Source: an uncultured Acidimicrobiales bacterium (GTDB lineage: Bacteria > Actinomycetota > Acidimicrobiia > Acidimicrobiales > SZUA-35). From it: a DNA stretch of 64,000 bases. Positions 57,183 to 64,000 of the stretch are shown here, in pieces. A program made the translations under genes and the position numbers. How positions within the stretch are numbered: position 1 is the first letter of the stretch; the number at the start of each line of letters is the position of its first letter. Where the stretch lies: the NCBI GenBank assembly GCA_963723995.1, contig CAVRSZ010000007.1, forward strand, positions 557,580 through 621,579, read 5' to 3'. The notes beneath the pieces were generated by a model. The model was not told where the DNA came from. It saw nothing but the letters and a program-made list of their open reading frames with translations, and ran no database searches.

Positions 57183-58451
57183 TCAGCGCAGAAGGCCGGC
57201 GTTCACCTCGATGAGCTGAACCCACGTCCGGCCCGGGGTCAGCTCGATCACATCGCCGTCGGTGGAGGTGAGGGTGGCCACACTGTCCAGGCTGGGTCGG
57301 GTCCAGACGCCGTCGAGACGCACCCCGTCGGTGTAGACCGTGGCCGGTCCGGTGCCGACATAGACGAACTCCGGCACCTGTCCACCGGAGGCGTCGACCA
57401 TGCCGGTTCCGACCCGATCGGCTTCGATCACCACCACGTTGGCCGCCGTCACCGGTTCACCGGTGTCGAGTTCGTGACGCTGGCCCCGCTGGTAGCGGAT
57501 CCATTCCTGACCCGTCCATTGCCACGAGGCGGGAGAGGCGGCGTAGTCGATGGCGAACTCGGTGACCGACTTCCCCTTGGCCGGTTCACCTTCGTTCCGG
57601 TAGGCGAACTGGGGCGGCGGTGGGCCTCCGAAGGCCGAGGCCCAGTGGGGGGCGGTGTCGGTGTAGAGATTGGAGGGAGCCCGCCGCTCTTCGTCACGCC
57701 AGTACCCAGACGAGGTACCGAAGCTTCGATTCTGGATGCGGGGCTGGCGACGGAGGATCATTTCGGTGATGTCGTTCGCCCCCGAGTACATGAGCAGCGG
57801 ATCGCCGAGGCTGCTGATCAGGCTGATGTCGGTGGTGCGGGCCGAACGGACCGGTCCGACGATCGATGGCCGGCTGTGAAAGATGGCGGCAAACCGGGTC
57901 ACGCCACCCTCCACCTCCTCCTCGATGACGATGTCGGCGGCGTTCAGGCCGGTCTGGGGGTAGGCCGCCGGACCGTTGTCGATCTTGACCACGGCGGCGG
58001 CCCGGTCGGGGACCTCGTCGCCGATGGCGTCGGCGGCCCGAACCCCGGTCAGCGGGAGTACACCGGGCTCGACCGTGGGAGGCGGCACCACGGGCGTGAC
58101 CACCATCTCACTGAGGCCGAGTTGGCCCAGCCGGCCGGCATAGATGTTGTCCGGGTCGCCGCCGGGCCATCCGACAATCGTGGTCACCGGGGGCAGGCCG
58201 CTGCCGGCCGTGGTTGGCGTGGTCGAACGCCCACTATCGTTCCCACCGGCACCGTCGACCGGGGCACTCGTGCCGTCCTGGTCCTCGGACTCGGCGAACG
58301 GCAGGTCCTCGACCGATTCATCGTCGCCGGATCCACAGGCGACCAGGACGAACAGAGCCAGGATGGCGGCCATGATGACGGCCGAAGCTGAGAATGGTGG
58401 TAGCTCCCCGGTGGGCGATGTTGGCGGCGACTCGGCTGTGTCCTGTTCCAT
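57183..58451 (-). CDS. DUF3048-family secreted/lipoprotein
   Basis: 422 aa with an N-terminal TM/lipobox (AILALFVLVACGSG). VVKIDNGPAAYPQTGLNAADIVIEEEVEGGVTRFAAIFHS is the DUF3048 signature. Confidence 0.7.
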   Translation of the reverse strand: MEQDTAESPPTSPTGELPPFSASAVIMAAILALFVLVACGSGDDESVEDLPFAESEDQDGTSAPVDGAGGNDSGRSTTPTTAGSGLPPVTTIVGWPGGDPDNIYAGRLGQLGLSEMVVTPVVPPPTVEPGVLPLTGVRAADAIGDEVPDRAAAVVKIDNGPAAYPQTGLNAADIVIEEEVEGGVTRFAAIFHSRPSIVGPVRSARTTDISLISSLGDPLLMYSGANDITEMILRRQPRIQNRSFGTSSGYWRDEERRAPSNLYTDTAPHWASAFGGPPPPQFAYRNEGEPAKGKSVTEFAIDYAASPASWQWTGQEWIRYQRGQRHELDTGEPVTAANVVVIEADRVGTGMVDASGGQVPEFVYVGTGPATVYTDGVRLDGVWTRPSLDSVATLTSTDGDVIELTPGRTWVQLIEVNAGLLR

Positions 58452-58604
58452 GACCTCTTCCGCGACTCAGCGGGTGGTTCGGGCTCCGCTGATCCCTGTC
58501 GGCCCGCGGGCGCGACCGATGAGTCGTTTCGACTAGGCAGGACTACCCAGTCCGGTCCCCCGGGCCGGGACAGGCCTACCTGATACGGCGTTTGGTTGCG
58601 GCGA

Positions 58605-59399
58605 TCAGCCGCCCTCGACCAGACGAAGGCCGGGGCGGTCCAGGGTTGAAGGTAGCTGAGCCGGGAGCCCCGGGCGCGGCAACTGGGCAACAAACTCTGT
58701 CAGGTGCCCGGGGAAGACGTGTTCGGCCATGAGAATGGGGTGACCGTCGTGGTCGAACGAGGTCCGCCTGACCACCAGGGCGGCGCTGGCCTCGGGGACA
58801 TCCAGCAGGGAGGCGTCCTCACTGTTCATCAGCTCGGCGCCTATCGTCTGGGTGGCACCGGCGGCCCGAACCGCGAGCAGATCATAGAAGCTGTGTTCGG
58901 AGACGTCGGCCTGGGAAATGTCGACGGCCAGATCATCACGGCACCACACGGTGACCCTGGCAAAGGGCGAACCATCGACCAGGCTGAGCCGTCGAACCTC
59001 CAGCACACGGGGGCCGAGAACGGGGGAAACCGACATCGGAGCGTCGACGAAACGGAACTCGAGAACCTGCCGCCGGTGGCGCCGGCCGGTCTCGGCCAGG
59101 CGACGCTCGATGGTGACGAGGGTGTCCAGATGCTGGACCACCGGTTCGGCCGACACCATCCAGCCGAACCCCTGGCGGGATTCGACCAGGCCGTCAACCC
59201 GCAACTCTTCGAGAGCCTTGCGAATGGTGACCCGACTGGCCTCGTGCATCCGACCCAGTTCGGCTTCGCTGGGCAACACCTGGCCCGGCCCGTACCCGCC
59301 GCGCTCAATTCCGTGACGCAGCGTCTCGGCGATTTCCTTGTAGCGAATACTTCTCATCTCGGCAACCGGCAAGCGGGGCATTGTCAGCCCACTCGACAA
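58605..59399 (-). CDS. GntR-family regulator, HutC subfamily (UTRA domain)
   Basis: YKEIAETLRHGIERGGYGPGQVLPSEAELGRMHEASRVTIRKALEELRVDGLVESRQGFGWMV plus a UTRA-like C-terminal domain. The real start is probably an internal Met. Confidence 0.8.
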   Translation of the reverse strand: MSSGLTMPRLPVAEMRSIRYKEIAETLRHGIERGGYGPGQVLPSEAELGRMHEASRVTIRKALEELRVDGLVESRQGFGWMVSAEPVVQHLDTLVTIERRLAETGRRHRRQVLEFRFVDAPMSVSPVLGPRVLEVRRLSLVDGSPFARVTVWCRDDLAVDISQADVSEHSFYDLLAVRAAGATQTIGAELMNSEDASLLDVPEASAALVVRRTSFDHDGHPILMAEHVFPGHLTEFVAQLPRPGLPAQLPSTLDRPGLRLVEGG

Positions 59400-59400
59400 C

Positions 59401-59419
59401 TTGTATTATAGTTGTATTA
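59401..59419. promoter_or_regulatory. AT-rich direct repeat TTGTATTA-TAG-TTGTATTA (candidate operator / -10 region)
   Basis: This is the only AT-rich patch in the gntR-aconitase divergent intergenic region. It contains TATAGT at 59407-59412. Confidence 0.35.
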
Positions 59420-59599
59420 GCGCCCTGGAGCCAGTCATGAACGGCACCGCTGTCCACTCGTGTCGGTTCCGTACAACTTGGCCGGAAATCCTGGGTCACC
59501 GGCAATCGATCGGATAGAACCCACGAAGGCAGCCCCATATCCGGCCGGATCGGGCTTTCACGTCTCATCATCCCCAACCCGACAGAAATCGAGGCAACC

Positions 59600-61915
59600 A
59601 TGGCAGCCAGCGATACGCCCACGTCCACCGTTGGACCTGAAACCCCGATCGAGCTGATTCGGTCGGTGTACGCAACACTGGACGAACGGGTCGGCGCCTT
59701 CCGCACTCGGGTCGGCCATTCCCTGACCTTGGCCGAGAAGATCCTGGCCAACCATCTCGACAGTCCCGACGCCGACGTGGAGCGGGGTGTCAGCTATGTC
59801 GACTTCCGTCCCGATCGAGTGGCCATGCAGGACGCCACGGCCCAGATGGCGTGGCTCCAGTTCATGACGGCCAAGCTCCCTCGGGTCCAGGTTCCGACCA
59901 CCACCCACTGTGATCACCTGATCCAGGCCAGGGTCGACGGCAAGCGTGATCTGCTGGCCGCTCTGGACGCCAATGACGAGGTTTTCGACTTCCTCGAGTC
60001 GGTCTGCGCCAAATACGGAGCAGGGTTCTGGAAACCGGGAAGCGGCATCATCCACCAGGTCGTGCTGGAGAACTACGCCTTCCCCGGCGGCATGATGATC
60101 GGCACCGACAGCCACACCCCCAACGCCGGTGGCCTGGGAATGGTGGCCATCGGGGTCGGCGGCGCCGACGCCGTCGATGTCATGACCGGCTTCCCGTGGA
60201 ATGTTCGCTGGCCCAAGCTGATCGGCGTGCATCTCACCGGCGAGTTGGCGGGTTGGACCGCACCCAAGGACGTCATCCTGAAGGTGGCCGAGATCCTGAC
60301 GGTCAAGGGTGGTACCGGGGCCATCGTCGAATACTTCGGACCGGGGGCCAACTCTCTGTCGGCCACCGGCAAGGCCACCATCTGCAACATGGGGGCGGAG
60401 ATCGGGGCCACGACCAGCCTCTTCGGCTACGACGATGCCATGGCCCGCTACCTCAAGGCCACCGGGCGGGAGGCCACAGCCGACGCCGCCAACGCTGTCG
60501 CCCATCATCTGCGAGCCGACGACGAGGTGCTGGCCGATCCCCAGCAGTACTTCGATCAGGTCATCCACATCGACCTCTCCGAGCTCCGGCCCCACATCAA
60601 CGGACCTCACACCCCGGACCTGGCCCGCGAGGTCTCGGCCCTCGGCGACGAAGCCAGGGAGGCGGAATGGCCCATCGAGATCAGCGCCGCCCTCATCGGC
60701 AGCTGCACCAACTCGTCCTACGAGGACATCACCAGGGCGGCCTCCATCGCCCGCCAGGCTACGGCGACGGGCCTCAAAGCCAAGACCAAGCTGATGATCA
60801 CACCGGGCTCGGAACAGGTCCGGGCCACCATCGAGCGCGACGGGCTGCTGGCCGACTTCGAGGCCCTGGGTGCCGTCGTCCTGGCCAACGCCTGCGGACC
60901 CTGCATCGGCCAGTGGGACCGCTCCGATGAACGGGAACCCGGTATCCCCAACGTCATCGTCACCTCCTACAACCGCAATTTCCCCAAGCGCAACGACGGT
61001 GACGCCGCCACCCTTGCCTTCGTCACCTCGCCGGAAACGGTCATGGCCCTGGCCCTGGCCGGCACCCTCGACTTCGATCCTCTCACCGAACCGCTGATCA
61101 ACGACAACGGTGAGGAAGTCATGCTCGACGTTCCTCAGGGCGTCGAGCTGCCGGCCAAGGGCTTCGACCAAGGCGACAGCGGTTTCATTGCTCCCCCGGC
61201 CGACGGATCAGGCATCGAGGTCAAGGTGTCGCCCGACTCCGATCGGCTCCAACTGCTGGACGCATTCCCTGCCTGGGACGGCAAGGACTTCGAGAATCTC
61301 CCCATCCTGGTCAAGGCCCAGGGCAAGTTCACCACCGACCACATTTCGATGGCCGGGCCATGGCTGAAGTATCGGGGCCATTTGGAGAACATCTCCGGCA
61401 ACCTCTACCTCGGTGCGGTGAGCGCCTTCCACGACGGCATCGTGGGCCAGGGCAAGAACCAGCTCACGGGCGAGATGATGAGCTTTCCCGACATCGCCGA
61501 GGCCTACCACATGGCCGGACAACGCTGGGTGGCCATCGGTGACGAGAACATGGGTGAGGGCTCGTCCCGGGAGCATGCGGCCATGGAACCCCGGTTCCGG
61601 GGCGGCGTGCTCATCCTGGCCCGCTCCTTCGCCAGGATCCATGAAACGAACCTGAAGAAGCAGGGCATCGTGCCGCTGACCTTCGCCGATCCCGCCGACT
61701 ACGACAGAATCGGCGAGAACGACCGGATCGGCACCCAAGGTCTGGCGGAGCTGGCCCCGAACAAGCCGGTGACCGTCACCGTGACCAAGCCTGACGGCGA
61801 GACCTGGACCTTCGAAGGCAACCACACCTTCAGCCCCGAGCAGATCGGTTGGTTCAAGGCCGGTTCAGCACTGGCTGTCATCCGCCGGCAGGTGGAGCGG
61901 GGCGAGATCGACTGA
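59600..61915 (+). CDS. acn: aconitate hydratase (mitochondrial-type, ~770 aa)
   Basis: [70 protein letters not shown] and GSSREHAA are the Fe-S cluster and substrate motifs of aconitase. Confidence 0.9.
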   Translation: MAASDTPTSTVGPETPIELIRSVYATLDERVGAFRTRVGHSLTLAEKILANHLDSPDADVERGVSYVDFRPDRVAMQDATAQMAWLQFMTAKLPRVQVPTTTHCDHLIQARVDGKRDLLAALDANDEVFDFLESVCAKYGAGFWKPGSGIIHQVVLENYAFPGGMMIGTDSHTPNAGGLGMVAIGVGGADAVDVMTGFPWNVRWPKLIGVHLTGELAGWTAPKDVILKVAEILTVKGGTGAIVEYFGPGANSLSATGKATICNMGAEIGATTSLFGYDDAMARYLKATGREATADAANAVAHHLRADDEVLADPQQYFDQVIHIDLSELRPHINGPHTPDLAREVSALGDEAREAEWPIEISAALIGSCTNSSYEDITRAASIARQATATGLKAKTKLMITPGSEQVRATIERDGLLADFEALGAVVLANACGPCIGQWDRSDEREPGIPNVIVTSYNRNFPKRNDGDAATLAFVTSPETVMALALAGTLDFDPLTEPLINDNGEEVMLDVPQGVELPAKGFDQGDSGFIAPPADGSGIEVKVSPDSDRLQLLDAFPAWDGKDFENLPILVKAQGKFTTDHISMAGPWLKYRGHLENISGNLYLGAVSAFHDGIVGQGKNQLTGEMMSFPDIAEAYHMAGQRWVAIGDENMGEGSSREHAAMEPRFRGGVLILARSFARIHETNLKKQGIVPLTFADPADYDRIGENDRIGTQGLAELAPNKPVTVTVTKPDGETWTFEGNHTFSPEQIGWFKAGSALAVIRRQVERGEID

Positions 61916-61999
61916 GCAGCCGACTGGCCCGGCTTTCGCAGCGACTTCTGACGAATCGGCACATCGCCGGGTCACCGAAAACCCGGCAACGGCCGCCCG

Positions 62000-63394
62000 T
62001 CATTCGGAGGCGGGCGCCTTGCCGGGCGGGTAGGTCAGGGCAACCTCGGCGTCGGTCGGCTCCCGCTGGACCTTGGCCTCGTCGGGAAGCAGATCAACGA
62101 TTCGCTCCATGATCTCGGCCGTTGCCTCCTCCGGATCCTCCGATGCGGGGTGGTACGGTTCGCCCACCTTCACGCTGATGGTGGGCGGATTGGCCAGGTT
62201 GAGCACATAGGGCACTCGGCTGGAGCGGGGCCAGGCCTTCTCGGAGCCCCAGATTCCCACCGGAACCACCGGAGCTCCGGTCCGACGCGCCAACCGGGCA
62301 GCACCATAGCGCCCCTTGAGCACGGGATCGAAGAACTCGGGGCCACGGGGAATGGTGCCCTGGGGGAACAGAGCCACCAGCTCACCAGCGTCCAGCAGGC
62401 GAGCAGCCTCGTTCATGGGCTGGTCGCTGCCGCTTCCCCGATCGACGCGCACGGCACCCAGGGCCTTCACGATGGAGCCGACGACGGGGGCGTCGGTGAC
62501 CTCCTTCTTGGAAAGGAATCGGGTAGGACGGTTGCGACGGCTCGCGGCATGGGCCACCACCAGCGGATCGAGATAGCTGCGATGATTGGGGGTCATGATC
62601 ACCGGCCCCTCGGCCGGGAGGTTCTCGATCTGCCGGACCTGGATGTCGAGCCAGGGCCAGAGCTGGGGCTTTGCGATCTTGTTGACCACCTCCTGCAGTT
62701 CGATGCCGACCGGTTTGGGAACCCCCTCCGGGGCGTTGAACCAGACCCGCGGCCAGCCCCTTAGCGCGGCGTAGGCGAAGAGCCGGGGGTCGGGGTTGAC
62801 CGCCACCGGATTTCCGACTTTGGACAGCATGGGAATGTCGAAGAAGCTGTCGGAGTAGGCATAGCTTTCGGCCAGATCGACCAGGTTGGCCCGAGCCCAC
62901 GATTCGATCAGCCGGGCCTTGCCCGTCGACCAGACGAACTCACCATCGATCGAGCCGTCGTAGCAGTTGTCGGGGCCGACCCGATAGCGGGTGGCCAGTA
63001 CATCGTCGAAGCCCATGAGATCGGCGAAGGGCTTAACCACATCAAAGGGCGTCGTTGTGGCCAGAACGATCTTGCGACCTTCGGCCTTGTGGTCCTCGAG
63101 CGTGGCTCTTGCGAACGGTTCGACCTGGGCGGCCAAGGCGGGGGCAAGATCGATGCCGGCTGCCTTCGTAGCCTTGACCGACCACCCCTTGGCCGCTCGC
63201 GCCCCCTGACGGGTCAACAGCATGGAGGGCAGGGTCTCACCGAACAGATTGAACACGGCGAAGGCAAGGCCCTCACCGGGCAGCGACTCTTGCCGCAACA
63301 AGCCGTGATGTCGCAGGGCCTTGGAGATGGTGGGACCACTGGCCCCCAGCAGCAGGGTGCGGTCGAGATCGAAGAACGCAGCAGAGTTGGCCAT
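62000..63394 (-). CDS. bifunctional HAD-IB hydrolase / lysophospholipid acyltransferase
   Basis: 464 aa. The N-terminus is AAFFDLDRTLL (DxDxT) and the C-terminal half has NHRSYLDPLVV (HxxxxD) and LFPQGTIPRG. Confidence 0.8.
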   Translation of the reverse strand: MANSAAFFDLDRTLLLGASGPTISKALRHHGLLRQESLPGEGLAFAVFNLFGETLPSMLLTRQGARAAKGWSVKATKAAGIDLAPALAAQVEPFARATLEDHKAEGRKIVLATTTPFDVVKPFADLMGFDDVLATRYRVGPDNCYDGSIDGEFVWSTGKARLIESWARANLVDLAESYAYSDSFFDIPMLSKVGNPVAVNPDPRLFAYAALRGWPRVWFNAPEGVPKPVGIELQEVVNKIAKPQLWPWLDIQVRQIENLPAEGPVIMTPNHRSYLDPLVVAHAASRRNRPTRFLSKKEVTDAPVVGSIVKALGAVRVDRGSGSDQPMNEAARLLDAGELVALFPQGTIPRGPEFFDPVLKGRYGAARLARRTGAPVVPVGIWGSEKAWPRSSRVPYVLNLANPPTISVKVGEPYHPASEDPEEATAEIMERIVDLLPDEAKVQREPTDAEVALTYPPGKAPASE

Positions 63395-63624
63395 ACAACC
63401 CCCAGTCTACTGAAGGAGCCAGAGCCCGGGTACTTGGAGTAGATGAGGGTCGGCCACTCGACGGGGCGGCCGACCAACGATGCAACAGAGCCGGCCGCTG
63501 AATGCGACCGGCTCTGTCGTACAGAATGCTCGGGCTGAAGGGGGGACAAAGCCCGAGCTCGATGCAGTTGCTGGAGGGGGAACCAGACTGATCGATTAAC
63601 CAAAGTCTATGACCGGTCCACCAC

Positions 63625-63648
63625 ATCTGCCAACTAGTTTCGGCAGAT
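63625..63648. promoter_or_regulatory. palindrome ATCTGCC-N10-GGCAGAT (LysR-type T-N11-A-like box)
   Basis: Perfect 7-bp arms, 66 nt upstream of the LysR-family start codon. Confidence 0.4.
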
Positions 63649-63713
63649 AATGCGCATCATTCAAACAGATCTCCCCATCCATCACCATTGCAGTTGTGCG
63701 ATCATCTCTGGCG

Positions 63714-64000
63714 ATGGATCTACGACAACTGCAAGCCTTCCTGGCCGTTGTGGAACACGGTGGATTCACCGCCGCCGCCCGGGCCACGCACACCGTGCAG
63801 TCCAACATCTCCACCCATGTCGCCCGTCTGGAGAGGGAGCTCGAGGCGACGCTCATCGATCGAGCCACCGGCAAACCGACCGAGGAAGGTGAAGCGGTTC
63901 TCACCCGGGTCCGACGGATCCAGACCGAGCTGGCCTCGCTCCAGGCCGACGTGTCGTCACTGCGGGGATCACCTCGGGGTACGGTGCGGATCGGAGTCAT
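63714..64000 (+). CDS. LysR-family transcriptional regulator (partial, runs off the window)
   Basis: My translation from ATG 63714 is MDLRQLQAFLAVVEHGGFTAAARATHTVQSNISTHVARLERELEATLIDR... This is the canonical LTTR HTH. It is absent from the ORF track because there is no stop in the window. Confidence 0.85.
   Translation, partial: MDLRQLQAFLAVVEHGGFTAAARATHTVQSNISTHVARLERELEATLIDRATGKPTEEGEAVLTRVRRIQTELASLQADVSSLRGSPRGTVRIGV

Noticed and set aside
56409-58391. 660-aa ORF on the plus strand
   Set aside because: It runs out of frame through the nitroreductase gene and antisense through the DUF3048 gene. It is Arg/Gly/Pro-rich with no motifs.
59558-61171. 537-aa ORF on the minus strand
   Set aside because: It is antisense to aconitase, which is unambiguous from its Fe-S and substrate motifs.

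Overview
GC-rich, actinobacterial-type chromosome segment. All family calls come from motif recognition on the ORF track and on my own translations. No similarity search was run. The window splits into two parts. (1) About 3.1-41.5 kb is a mosaic accessory region full of mobile-element wreckage. It holds an IS3 relic that seems to be split by a Tn3-family element. That element has intact 38-bp ends and a perfect 5-bp CAGTT duplication, but its transposase is destroyed. An IS21 element (5-bp CACAC duplication) cleanly bisects a DUF222/HNH endonuclease gene. There is an orphan endolysin-like multidomain cell-wall hydrolase. A Mut7-C RNase gene is broken by a 68-bp in-gene inversion. A polysaccharide deacetylase carries three DNA-identical peptidoglycan-binding repeats. 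Two stretches (about 12.1 kb and 3.8 kb) are delimited by 43-nt copies of the 3-prime half of the tRNA-Val(CAC) gene at 41462-41535, which looks like serial, now integrase-less island integration. The larger stretch carries an unusual secreted coiled-coil subtilase ending in Trp/Arg decapeptide repeats, a GAF-GGDEF-EAL protein and a frameshifted MalT/LAL-type regulator. The smaller one carries a YefM/RelE pair, a second IS3 relic and an IS110 transposase with a long upstream non-coding arm. (2) About 41.5-64 kb is ordinary core: menA, murF, ddl, aconitase, regulators, a TetR-linked TPM/coiled-coil/Gly-rich envelope protein, and a reductase-HAD / LarA-like / acyltransferase operon. Frameshifts and truncations are confined to the accessory part. 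That argues for real decay rather than sequencing noise, but it needs read-level confirmation.
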